DNA of 64,000 bases from an uncultured Thermococci archaeon (GTDB taxonomy: Archaea > Methanobacteriota_B > Thermococci > Methanofastidiosales > B48-G16): contig CAZQQT010000003.1 of assembly GCA_964595645.1 (NCBI GenBank), positions 1 through 64,000 on the forward strand, written 5' to 3'. Positions 47,193 to 56,412 of the stretch are shown here, piece by piece (within the stretch, counting starts at the first letter, position 1; every line of letters begins with the position of its first letter). A model generated the notes under the pieces. That model worked only from the letters and a program-made list of their open reading frames with translations, searched no databases and was not told the DNA's origin. The translations under genes were made by a program, and so were the position numbers.

Positions 47193-47912
47193 ATGCGTCT
47201 TATATTTTTCGATCTCGATAGGGTCCTGACACCCGCGTCTCACGTGCTCCTGATAGCCGAAAGAATCGGACAAAAGGAGAAGTTTGAAAAACTTTTTAAA
47301 GGAAGTGTGGAAGGCAAAACAGGATTAGAATGGATAGTAAAGCAGGGTATCACGTTTCTTGAGGGGCATGACCCTTCACTTTTTGAAGAAATCGCAAAAA
47401 ACATGAAGATTATAGAAAATGGGGTAGAAGTAGTAACGACCTTAAAGGAAAATGGGTATCACCCTATTATTATTACCAATGGATTTTACCGCGTTGCCCA
47501 AATTTTTGGTGAACGAATAGGGGTTAAGGAGGTGTATGGTAATAGAGCAGAGAAAAGAGATGGCGTCTTCACAGGGAAGATTTACTCCGATCTCCTCACT
47601 CTAAAATCGAAGGGTGACGTGGTGAGAAGGATCATCAAGAAGAAAAATCCAAGTATCTCCGTTTCCGTTGGCGATGATGAGAACGATTGGTTTATGTTCG
47701 AAGAAACAGACTTTTCTATTCTTTTTAATCCAACACCTTCGATTCTCCAGAAAGTACGATCCCTCAAAGAGAAGAAGGGAATGAGAGAGCTCACCAAATT
47801 CATCAACCTCATTGTTGCCAGGGATGATCTCAGTCTTATTCTTCCCTTTCTTGTCCCTGAGCCCGATCTTTTCCCAAAGTCAGTTACTGCAGAGCGAAAA
47901 ATTATCAGATGA
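47193..47912 (+). CDS. HAD-superfamily hydrolase (phosphoserine phosphatase-like)
   Basis: 239 aa. Motif I FFDLDRVLT, motif III K (GKIYSD), motif IV GDDENDWFMF. Confidence 0.7.
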   Translation: MRLIFFDLDRVLTPASHVLLIAERIGQKEKFEKLFKGSVEGKTGLEWIVKQGITFLEGHDPSLFEEIAKNMKIIENGVEVVTTLKENGYHPIIITNGFYRVAQIFGERIGVKEVYGNRAEKRDGVFTGKIYSDLLTLKSKGDVVRRIIKKKNPSISVSVGDDENDWFMFEETDFSILFNPTPSILQKVRSLKEKKGMRELTKFINLIVARDDLSLILPFLVPEPDLFPKSVTAERKIIR

Positions 47913-47966
47913 CCCATCTGTATTTAATGGAAACCTTTTTTTATCTCATCCCCTATTATCTATCCT

Positions 47967-48422
47967 ATGACGGATGATCTTGATATAAAGATACTCAGAG
48001 AACTGCAGGAAAACGCAAGGGCACCCTTTCGAGATCTCGCAAAAAAGTTTGGAGTCTCCGCACAGACAATCAGCGATAGAGTAAACAAAATGATGAAAAA
48101 AGGTGTTATTAAACGATTTACTGTGGACTGCGATCTACCCCTGCTCGGCTATGGGTTGACCTTCTTTGTCCACGTGAACACGAAGATTTCAAAACTAAAG
48201 AAAGTAGCGAATAAGATGAAGAACTACAATGAGCTGTACTCAGTTCATATCACGACGGGAGATCATGATATTGTTGGGATAGGTGTTGCCCGAGACACCA
48301 ACCATCTTTATGAAATCATAGAGAATAAAATATCTCAGATAAATGGCGCAGAAAAGACAATTACGTACGTATGTCTCAAAGAAATAAAAGATGTAGAAAA
48401 AGTAAGCGCGGTCACGAAGTAA
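47967..48422 (+). CDS. Lrp/AsnC-family transcriptional regulator
   Basis: 151 aa. N-terminal HTH (DIKILRELQENARAPFRDLAKKFGVSAQTISDRVNKM) and C-terminal RAM domain. Confidence 0.85.
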   Translation: MTDDLDIKILRELQENARAPFRDLAKKFGVSAQTISDRVNKMMKKGVIKRFTVDCDLPLLGYGLTFFVHVNTKISKLKKVANKMKNYNELYSVHITTGDHDIVGIGVARDTNHLYEIIENKISQINGAEKTITYVCLKEIKDVEKVSAVTK

Positions 48423-49401
48423 CGATTTTTCGTATATTTTCCTGCGTTTCTTTGGGCGGTGTTCGGGTGTTTACCATGTAGAGATCTACAAGCTTGAAGT
48501 AATTTTCGAAAAATTCTTTTCTAATTCGTATCTTTCTCTCGTTTCGTATAAGCTGGTGAGGGTTGCAAAAATCATTTTTCACAACGTAGTCAAGCGCTTC
48601 TTTCCACCCCATCTCATAATAAAGTTCTTCTTCATCGTCTCTCTTTAAAAAGAGTACCTTTTCCATAGTGGTTTCACTTTTTGTTCCTGTTTTTCCGATT
48701 ACTCGTGAAATATCCACCACAGCTCTATCTTCAGTGTCTAACTCCACATCTTTGATCAACCGCTGAAACTCTGGGTAAATATCAGCGATATCCTTGCGGA
48801 TGTAGCAATTCTTCTCGGAAGCCCGTGCCACCACCGAGTTCCCCAATATTCTCGTGTAGTACCAGTCGTCTGCCACTAATTTTGTATTATTGAGGAGGAG
48901 GAGTCCATACGAGTGTGTTGTTTTTCCCATACCTGAGGGAGCTATCATTGAGATCCCCTTGCCCTTATAATCTATTGCAGCTCCATGGACAGAGTGTCGG
49001 GAGTGAATGGAGTGATATTCTTCGAGAAAATCCCCTGCCACAGCAAGAGCGAGACTTTTCACATGACCATAGTATCGTGAGTTAAAGATAAAGCATGTTT
49101 TTGATATCGGTTCGTAAAAGACCTTCAATGGCCCTTCACTGCTCAATGTGAATACCCTCCCGTGAGGGCGGATGTACTCAAGCATATGTTTGAAATTGTC
49201 CTCCCACATGTCCTTGAAGGTATGGTTATCTGTTAAGAGTTTAATGCACATTCCGGCGAGATCTGCTTTTCTTTCGTAGAGAATCTGATCTTTGAACTCT
49301 TCGATAAGTTGATCTTTCCTGTCTGGATATATTTCTTCTACTTCGTACATGCATCTCGACAATGGAGGGGATATAAAAATGTTATGGTGGTAGTAGAACA
49401 A
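48412..49401 (-). CDS. HPr kinase/phosphorylase C-terminal-domain-like P-loop protein
   Basis: 329 aa. IAPSGMGKTTHSYGLLLLNNTKLVADDWYY resembles the HprK P-loop plus the conserved LVADD segment. Confidence 0.5.
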   Translation of the reverse strand: MFYYHHNIFISPPLSRCMYEVEEIYPDRKDQLIEEFKDQILYERKADLAGMCIKLLTDNHTFKDMWEDNFKHMLEYIRPHGRVFTLSSEGPLKVFYEPISKTCFIFNSRYYGHVKSLALAVAGDFLEEYHSIHSRHSVHGAAIDYKGKGISMIAPSGMGKTTHSYGLLLLNNTKLVADDWYYTRILGNSVVARASEKNCYIRKDIADIYPEFQRLIKDVELDTEDRAVVDISRVIGKTGTKSETTMEKVLFLKRDDEEELYYEMGWKEALDYVVKNDFCNPHQLIRNERKIRIRKEFFENYFKLVDLYMVNTRTPPKETQENIRKIVTS

Positions 49402-49433
49402 ACCTTTTTTTAAAGGAGAGATACACTATACAC

Positions 49434-50795
49434 ATGCTTAAAAAGAGTCTCATGCTGTTCGGTACCAACATCGTCAACAGAGGTGTTAACTTCCTCTTCA
49501 AGGTGTTACTCAAAAATATTCTCAGTGCAACACAATTTGGCATTTTCTCCGTGATCCTCCCTGTCCAGAGCCTGATACTGATGCTCACGTCCTATGGGGT
49601 GACACCATCCATATCAAAGTTTGTGTCAACATATAAGGCGAAACAGCGGGACTATACAAAGTCTTCATTTGGATTTGTCTTTATGGGGATAGGGCTGTTT
49701 GTGATTTTGTTTTTTCTCGCTCCTTTTTTCTCGAATTTTTTTGGCGAAGAGTTTCTCAACTCAGCGTACTACTTCAGAATCGCCGTACTCATTATTCCAT
49801 TTGGAATTATCCTCTCGATATTCACGGGTATTTTTATGGGGACAGGGCGAGTGAAAATTGTCTCGACGCTCCTGATTATCGTGCAGATGTGCAGTTTGAT
49901 ATTTGGGATTGTCATGGCGTTTTATAATTTTTCGTTGGTGTTCCTTTCCTTCGGCGTTGGATACGCTGTGAGTACTGCTGTTGGTGTATATTTCTATAAA
50001 AAATACAACATCAACGGAAAATTTGCTGTATTGGAGTTCAAGAGAATCTTCGTGTTCTCTCTTCCGATTTCTACCACGGCCATCGGGCTCGTGTTCCTTT
50101 TTAACACAGATATCGTCGTGTTAGGTCATTATTTTACCCCGATCGAGACGAGTGTCTACGGTATTGTCATGCCCACAGCACGGTTAGTACCTGCTTTCAG
50201 CATTGCTCTAGCAACCATTGTGCTTCCGGAAGTTGCCGAGAAAGTGGCACTGAAGGAGACAATTGATGAAAAGGTGACAGGGAGTTTTTCACTGGCGCTC
50301 TACATGGGTGTGCCGATGGCGGTCTCCATTTTCGCATTTTCGGAGGAAATTCTCTACGTCCTCGCAGGCGATCCCTCTGGATCCACTGCCCTCAAGGTGC
50401 TCTCTCTTGGCATGTTCGCGTACTCGTTGTACTACACATCGAACTCAATCTTTCAGGGGACGAACAGACCGTGGACACCAGCAAAGATCATCGTGATCAC
50501 GGTGATCCTCAATGTTCTCCTCAATGTCCTCTTAATCCCAGAATACTCACTACTCGGTGCAGGAATCGCCACGAGTCTCTCCTGCATTTTTGCGGCAGTA
50601 GCATCACTGATAGTGTTGAAACCCGATCTGAAATTTAACCCTCTTTATCTGAGTACACTGCTCCCATTGTTCATTTTCGAGTATGTTGTGGGATTACAGG
50701 GACGATTTTCTACATTGATACTCTACGGTCTTTTTGGCGGTGGTATTCTTCTCCTATACTTTTATTTAGTGAGGGTAGAGATACTGAAGAAATGA
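49434..50795 (+). CDS. MOP-superfamily flippase (polysaccharide biosynthesis/Wzx-like)
   Basis: 453 aa, ~14 TM, N-terminal GTNIVNRGVNFLFKVLL pattern of polysaccharide biosynthesis proteins. Confidence 0.8.
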   Translation: MLKKSLMLFGTNIVNRGVNFLFKVLLKNILSATQFGIFSVILPVQSLILMLTSYGVTPSISKFVSTYKAKQRDYTKSSFGFVFMGIGLFVILFFLAPFFSNFFGEEFLNSAYYFRIAVLIIPFGIILSIFTGIFMGTGRVKIVSTLLIIVQMCSLIFGIVMAFYNFSLVFLSFGVGYAVSTAVGVYFYKKYNINGKFAVLEFKRIFVFSLPISTTAIGLVFLFNTDIVVLGHYFTPIETSVYGIVMPTARLVPAFSIALATIVLPEVAEKVALKETIDEKVTGSFSLALYMGVPMAVSIFAFSEEILYVLAGDPSGSTALKVLSLGMFAYSLYYTSNSIFQGTNRPWTPAKIIVITVILNVLLNVLLIPEYSLLGAGIATSLSCIFAAVASLIVLKPDLKFNPLYLSTLLPLFIFEYVVGLQGRFSTLILYGLFGGGILLLYFYLVRVEILKK

Positions 50796-50841
50796 AAAGA
50801 TTTTTTAACTCGTAATACAATATAGCACACGGTGATAAGAA

Positions 50842-51717
50842 ATGGATTTTAGAACAGGAACATTAATGATACTCCTCACACTCCTCCTTGTCATTGCGGG
50901 AGGTGTTGTTGGAGTCGTTGTTGGACTCCCACTTACCATGGTGAGCATTGCGTTCATCATGGCCATCGTTGTCAATTTTATCGCGTACTGGTACTCTGAT
51001 AGAATTGTACTTTCAATGTATGGCGCAAAAGAAACGAACGAGAGCGATTATCCGGACCTCCACGCGATGGTATCGCGGGTAGCAGAGACTGCGGGTATTC
51101 CAAAGCCAAAGGTTGCGTATATTCCCAAAGACACGCCTAATGCCTTCGCCACAGGACGAAACGAAGACCATGCAGTGGTAGCAGTGACTAAAGGAGCCAT
51201 AAATACGCTTAGTGAAGAAGAACTTGAGGCGGTCATTGCTCACGAGATAGGGCATATAAAAAACAATGATATGAAAATACAAACGATTGCAGCAGTTATC
51301 GCTGCCATCATTGGCTATCTTGGATTCATGGGTCGATTCATGATGTTCAGCAGCGGCAGAAGTAGAGGAAATGCCCAGTTGATTGGTATTATCCTCCTGG
51401 CAGTCTTTCTTCCAATTGCTGCACTGCTCATTCGAATGGCGATCTCCCGAAGGCGGGAGTACGGTGCCGATGAGCGAAGTGCTCAGTTCACAAGGAAACC
51501 GGACACGCTGGGGCGTGCGTTGTTGAAAATCGAGAATGCGGTAAAGAAAACCCCGATGAAAAAAGAGAATCCAGCCACCGCGCACATGTTCATTGTCAAC
51601 CCCTTCCGAGGAGAGAGTATTCTGCGGCTCTTTTCCACGCATCCGCCCACGCAGAAACGTGTTGCACGACTCAATAAGATGGCGGACGTTATGGGAAGAC
51701 CACAGGTGAACGTATGA
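50842..51717 (+). CDS. htpX: HtpX-type M48 membrane zinc protease
   Basis: 291 aa. Two N-terminal TM, HEIGHIKNNDM zinc motif, two further TM and downstream E (REYGADERSAQF). Confidence 0.85.
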   Translation: MDFRTGTLMILLTLLLVIAGGVVGVVVGLPLTMVSIAFIMAIVVNFIAYWYSDRIVLSMYGAKETNESDYPDLHAMVSRVAETAGIPKPKVAYIPKDTPNAFATGRNEDHAVVAVTKGAINTLSEEELEAVIAHEIGHIKNNDMKIQTIAAVIAAIIGYLGFMGRFMMFSSGRSRGNAQLIGIILLAVFLPIAALLIRMAISRRREYGADERSAQFTRKPDTLGRALLKIENAVKKTPMKKENPATAHMFIVNPFRGESILRLFSTHPPTQKRVARLNKMADVMGRPQVNV

Positions 51718-52010
51718 TACTGGAGGTGACGATCTACCCCCTCGGCGAGATCAGTCTCTCAACGTATGTGGCTGAAGTGATCGATATTTTTGAGGATGCA
51801 GGACTTACCTATGAGCTCCATCCGATGGGTACGGTCATTGAAGGTGACTGGGACGAGGTGATGCCCGTGATCAAACAAGCCCATGAGCACGTCTTCGAAA
51901 TGGGCGCAGTACGGGTGAGCACTACTATTAAGATAGATGATAGGCGTGATAAAAAGGTCAAGAAAGAGGATAAAATCGAGAGCGTGCGACATAAGCTGAC
52001 GAGACGATAA
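51714..52010 (+). CDS. MTH1187/YkoF (UPF0045) family protein
   Basis: 98 aa. MILEVTIYPLG ... YELHPMGTVIEGDWDEVMPVIKQAHE matches the MTH1187/YkoF fold family. Confidence 0.75.
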   Translation: MILEVTIYPLGEISLSTYVAEVIDIFEDAGLTYELHPMGTVIEGDWDEVMPVIKQAHEHVFEMGAVRVSTTIKIDDRRDKKVKKEDKIESVRHKLTRR

Positions 52011-52076
52011 GTCCTCGACGATGGAGCCACACCCCTACGAAAGCTTTTTAAATTGATTTCTGTTAGAGGATACCAT

Positions 52077-52151
52077 GCTCCGGTAGTGTAGACCGGTCAA
52101 TCATTCCGGCCTTTCGAGCCGGTGACTCGGGTTCAAATCCCGGCCGGAGCA
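52077..52151 (+). tRNA. tRNA-Glu (anticodon UUC)
   Basis: GCTCCGGTAGTGTAGACCGGTCAATCATTCCGGCCTTTCGAGCCGGTGACTCGGGTTCAAATCCCGGCCGGAGCA. 7-bp acceptor stem, anticodon stem CCGGC/GCCGG with loop CTTTCGA (anticodon TTC), T-loop TTCAAAT, discriminator A, no CCA. Confidence 0.85.
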
Positions 52152-52470
52152 TATTTACCCTGCATTTAATGCTCTCTGCTCTTTTTTTCCTTTTTTCCAG
52201 AAAGTATTTCCTATCTGTATGTTACTATGAACATAGTCCTTGATAAAGCTTTCGATCGTGGTCATTCTTGAGTTTCTATACTTCGTGATATGTATTATCT
52301 CACTCACAGAGATCGTGTCATATTCGGGCTCTCAGCGGTTCATATGCGACCTGTAGGATCCGAGAGAAGGGATTTATGACACTCTCCAACTGTAAGGTAC
52401 CAGAAGATCAATATCGCATTATCTTGTTTCGAAATACTTGGAGATCTGAAACTAATTTTAGATCGTATTT

Positions 52471-54408
52471 TTAAAGTTTCTCTAATCCACCTTCCTTTAT
52501 CTTTTTAGAATGTATCTTATCGGTGAAATATTCTTCTCCTTTCTCCCAAATTGTACTAATAGGCCCCATTAATCCGACAATCAAGGCAATGAGGAGAGGG
52601 AGAAACGTGGCTACATTCCGAAATAAATCCCATTCTTTATTGATTATACAATATACTAGTGGCAAGGAAAAAATTAGTATATAGCAACCTTTAAAAAACA
52701 GTATATATTTTTTAGCAGATTTTTTAGATGTTTTTCTTAATCTTTTTTTAATGCTTTCAATTTTTTCGAGCCACTCTTCATCTTTTTCTTTTTCTTTTTT
52801 AGAGATCTCTTTATCCAATTGTTCCGTGAATTCTTTTTCTTTTTCTTTAACTTTGCTTTTAACCCTCTTCTCTGGTAGTTTAGAAGCTTTTTCAATTTCT
52901 TCTAAGGCAAAATCTGGAGTAATCTCATCTAAATCACTCTCATCCATACCACTTAATGCATCTTCTATATAATTTTGGTAAAATAGCATTGAAAGCTTCT
53001 TGTCGTCCACTTTTTCTTCTTTTTTTAAAGTTTGAAGAGCATTATAAAATTTATCCCAAACTCGCCTGTTGACAAAGAGATCACGAGAATAAGTTCCAAT
53101 TATTGATTTGAGAGGAGGGTTAACATTCGGATCTTTTAACCATAAAACATTTGCTAGCAACCTGTCCAGAATGATTTCACATACAGTTCCCCTTTCTTTA
53201 TGTCCCATCCCTATAAAGTTAAATCTACTAAGTTTATGATCCGAAGTCAAAAAGAATACTTTCGCATTCTCTAATTTTCTAACTGGTTCCTTTCTAAATT
53301 CTTTAATCTTTTCAATGATAGCAATATCATGATTCTGATGAAAGGTGTTTTGGGAACCCTTCCACATACTCATCCGATCTCTGAGCCCATCATTGCACGG
53401 TCTGTACGCCTTTAGGTCTACATCAGTCCGTTCTATAGCTATTTCAAGTCTACGTAAGGTATTTCCGATCTCCATTACAAATTCTCTGGCGTCTGTTTTT
53501 CTCCAGCCTTTTCTCTTTAGACTACTATAAAGCGAATTAACTTTAATACTAGCAGGATAACGGTGAGCTTTTGTAATATAACCACTGATAACTTTACAAA
53601 TTTCGTTTATAGTAAAGTCAAATATTTTAAGGCTAAATCCAAATTCCTTAAGTAAGTTAAAAAGCTCTTTTGCAGGGTCATTGAACTCTGGACTGTGAAG
53701 ACCCAATACAAAAAAGGCAAAATTAGTATCTAAGAAAACTTGGCAATGTTCAAATTTTTTGGTTCTCATTTCAGTAATATCGGAAGTGTTTTCAACATGC
53801 AAAACCACTGAGATAACTGATCCTAGAACCATATCTTGTAGGATTTTATATTTTTCAGGTTTTTGTCTCTCCGCGAGTTTGATGTATTGTATTAAGAGAC
53901 GTTCCCGATCTTTTACTTCTTTTGAGATGGACAGTTCACTTATATTGGCAGAGGGGTTCATAAATTCTATGAGAGGATCAATATTTCCACAAAGAAAGGA
54001 AAGAAGTAGATCATAGATCTGTTCTTGAGTTAAAGAAACATTTTTCTTTCTAAAAAATTTTTCTAAATCTCCAATCAACGAATTAATCCTTCTATTAACT
54101 TCCTTATCAGTTTCAAGTCTAGATAAATACTCAAATCCATTCTCAGTGGGTTTATATTTTTTTTCAGTTTCTTTTTGTGTTATAAAATCTTTTTCTATAG
54201 CCCTATCCAAAATACTCCTGAGAACATGAAGTGGTATTTTTAAATCAAACTGTTTCTTTAATTGCCTTTGAATAGTTTTTAGACCTGAAAACTTATCTTC
54301 TGAGAATGTTTTTATAGCGAATGGCCAAAAACAATCAATATAGTCTCCCCCCTGATCATAAAGAGATTTTATAAGGGCATACGTGTAAATCAACCTTGTC
54401 ATTCTCAC
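52471..54408 (-). CDS. large hypothetical protein (N-terminal alpha-helical/wHTH-like region, PIN-like motif, C-terminal TM helices)
   Basis: 645 aa, AT-rich. Central VFLDTNFAFFVLGL resembles the first acidic strand of PIN-like nucleases. Lys/Glu-rich coiled segment, then two C-terminal TM helices (YILIFSLPLVYCII, FLPLLIALIVGLMG). Confidence 0.55.
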   Translation of the reverse strand: MRMTRLIYTYALIKSLYDQGGDYIDCFWPFAIKTFSEDKFSGLKTIQRQLKKQFDLKIPLHVLRSILDRAIEKDFITQKETEKKYKPTENGFEYLSRLETDKEVNRRINSLIGDLEKFFRKKNVSLTQEQIYDLLLSFLCGNIDPLIEFMNPSANISELSISKEVKDRERLLIQYIKLAERQKPEKYKILQDMVLGSVISVVLHVENTSDITEMRTKKFEHCQVFLDTNFAFFVLGLHSPEFNDPAKELFNLLKEFGFSLKIFDFTINEICKVISGYITKAHRYPASIKVNSLYSSLKRKGWRKTDAREFVMEIGNTLRRLEIAIERTDVDLKAYRPCNDGLRDRMSMWKGSQNTFHQNHDIAIIEKIKEFRKEPVRKLENAKVFFLTSDHKLSRFNFIGMGHKERGTVCEIILDRLLANVLWLKDPNVNPPLKSIIGTYSRDLFVNRRVWDKFYNALQTLKKEEKVDDKKLSMLFYQNYIEDALSGMDESDLDEITPDFALEEIEKASKLPEKRVKSKVKEKEKEFTEQLDKEISKKEKEKDEEWLEKIESIKKRLRKTSKKSAKKYILFFKGCYILIFSLPLVYCIINKEWDLFRNVATFLPLLIALIVGLMGPISTIWEKGEEYFTDKIHSKKIKEGGLEKL

Positions 54409-54610
54409 ACCTTGTCAACTAAATTTTCTATCATGTTCCTACTATAGAGATATAGTACTTTTGGTTTTTTAATCTTTTGGTCTTGCAAATTCAGTCGTTT
54501 ATTTTTTTATTTGACCTGCCTAATTTTCCTAAGCCCAATTGAGGGAGCTTTTTCAGTTCCTCTCACTCTTCTGACTCTCATCTCCAGATCCTTTATCTAA
54601 GAAAGAGACT

Positions 54611-56056
54611 TCAATCCCCAGCGCTTCCGCTTGCTGTCGCTATCACATAGGCTCCAGAGCTTGTAGTTTCTTTGTAGAGATGCTCATCCACATATATTTT
54701 AACTGTTACTGTTCCAGATTTTCCACAGTTCTGAGCAGAGATATACAAGAACTCTCCTCGTTCTGTTTTAAATGTATACTCCCATGGGACACTCACATTG
54801 CTTTCTTGAGCTGTTCCTCCCCCTACAGATGCGTAGGTAACATCCACTTCATCAGCTGTTCCTTCCACAACATACTTTACCCTGTATTCTCCATGCCCTG
54901 GAACTTCTGGTTTCGGTTCAGGCGTTTCTCTGGTAGTGGGCGTTGCAGAAAATTCCCATGAGGCTATGGGGTTGTCTTCTAACTCTTCAATTGTATTCCA
55001 CTCCATTGCCGACGTATAAATATTGACTTTAGCATCTCTGAAATCAATATTGACAGGTACTTCTATTGGTACCCATCCCTCATTTGTTTCATTAGGTTTT
55101 ACATCCCCACCGTAGTAAATGAAATCATCGGAGGCCTGATCCTTTGCTCCATACTTTTCCTCGTAGAAAAAGAATCTATGATAAATTTTACCATCATATT
55201 CTACGGTTACATCCCAAGAGGGAGCCCTTTGTATAGTTTCGTTCTTGTTTCTTTGTTTCACATAGATAAAAAGATACTTCATCCCCTGCGTTGGCTCGAA
55301 ATCAGTACCATAATCTGATCTATACATTGTAAGCTGATCGCACTTTGTTACAGAAATTTCCCATCTTTCTGTTTGTCCTCCGTAGTTTTTCATCTCGTAT
55401 ATTGTACTCTCGCCCAGTTTTAACGTAGGGCCTTTGTTTGGCGAGGGGGTGGTGGTAGGAGCTACAGTGGTGGGGCTTTCAGGCTCTACTCTAAAAACTA
55501 CCATGTGTTCTCCTATTTCAAAATCGTGCTCACCTATCCCTTGAGCCTCAAAATGAACATAATGGTCATTATTATACCCATGAGGCACATCGCTCACATT
55601 TATTTCATCAGTGTATGTAGTACGAGAGCTCATATCTATAATTGGTTTTGTGTACGAGTATGTTAGGGTAGTATCTCCCCTTCCACCGCTATTGTACAGT
55701 TTCAAATAGATCCTAACATTTTCTCCGGGTCTAAACACTTCTTTTTTCAGATACAATCCCCTTAATTCTATATCTGGGGGAGCTGTCGTAGAAGGAGCTA
55801 CTGTGGTAGTGGGTGTGGAGGTAGTCGAGATTGATGTTGTAGGGGCTGGCGTTGTGGTAGAAAGAGTTTCTGGTGTTTCTGCTTCTTCTCCCAAAGGAAA
55901 TACAAGATACACCACTGCAACAAGCACACCGATGGCGATAATTCCCGGTACTATCTTTTTCAACGGGATTCCTTTTTTCTCTTTTACTCCTTCCTCTTTG
56001 TTTCTCTTTATTTCTTCTTTAGTCCTTTCTGTCTTTTTTCCCATCTCTCCCTCCAA
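54611..56056 (-). CDS. TM / Thr-Pro-stalk surface protein (family member 2, body)
   Basis: Likely starts at ATG 56044 (MGKKTERT; SD ggaggga upstream). The listed ORF uses an upstream TTG. TM GIIAIGVLVAVVYLVF, stalk TTTPAPTTSISTTSTPTTTVAPSTTAPP, then a ~400-aa ectodomain. Homologous to 1643..2500 downstream of that gene's zinc ribbon. Confidence 0.6.
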   Translation of the reverse strand: MEGEMGKKTERTKEEIKRNKEEGVKEKKGIPLKKIVPGIIAIGVLVAVVYLVFPLGEEAETPETLSTTTPAPTTSISTTSTPTTTVAPSTTAPPDIELRGLYLKKEVFRPGENVRIYLKLYNSGGRGDTTLTYSYTKPIIDMSSRTTYTDEINVSDVPHGYNNDHYVHFEAQGIGEHDFEIGEHMVVFRVEPESPTTVAPTTTPSPNKGPTLKLGESTIYEMKNYGGQTERWEISVTKCDQLTMYRSDYGTDFEPTQGMKYLFIYVKQRNKNETIQRAPSWDVTVEYDGKIYHRFFFYEEKYGAKDQASDDFIYYGGDVKPNETNEGWVPIEVPVNIDFRDAKVNIYTSAMEWNTIEELEDNPIASWEFSATPTTRETPEPKPEVPGHGEYRVKYVVEGTADEVDVTYASVGGGTAQESNVSVPWEYTFKTERGEFLYISAQNCGKSGTVTVKIYVDEHLYKETTSSGAYVIATASGSAGD

Positions 56057-56241
56057 GGATTTACTTTCTCATAGTACTCTTCAAAAAACTCGTCTGAGAT
56101 GTTATCCTCTTTATGGGTATTGAGTAATGTTTTTTTTAGATCCGCCTGTAACTCCCTGTACTCTTCCTCACTCATCTTATCTTTGTTGTCAGTAAGATAT
56201 GTGTATAACTCTCGTATGCCTTCTTCCTCTTTTTTACTCAT
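56008..56241 (-). CDS. stand-alone N-terminal module ORF (family member 2, head), overlapping the body gene in another frame
   Basis: 77 aa, MSKKEEEGIRELYTYLTDNKDKMSEEEYRELQADLKKTLL... First 40 residues are identical to the N-terminus of 1643..2500. Ends out of frame relative to the downstream body ORF. Confidence 0.55.
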   Translation of the reverse strand: MSKKEEEGIRELYTYLTDNKDKMSEEEYRELQADLKKTLLNTHKEDNISDEFFEEYYEKVNPWRERWEKRQKGLKKK

Positions 56242-56283
56242 CCTGATCGTTATACTATTCTTTTCATTCTATAAATAGTTTTT
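56078..56283 (-). repeat. IR-B copy 2 (inverted copy of 1601..1807)
   Basis: See IR-B copy 1. Identity includes ~42 nt of upstream sequence. Confidence 0.8.
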
Positions 56284-56412
56284 TATATTTTCGAAAAAAG
56301 TTTATAATCTCGGGAGAGATATGGGCGATATGCATCGAGGTTTTAAAGAGACACAAAAAATCTAAAAAAAAAGAAAATATTTATATTTTTTATTTATTTT
56401 ATTCAGGGAAAA

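Noticed and set aside
51013-51642. 209-aa minus-strand ORF inside htpX, plus antisense ORFs inside the MtaD, ABCE1 and ECF genes
   Set aside because: They overlap genes with strong family signatures and lack motifs or SD-led starts.
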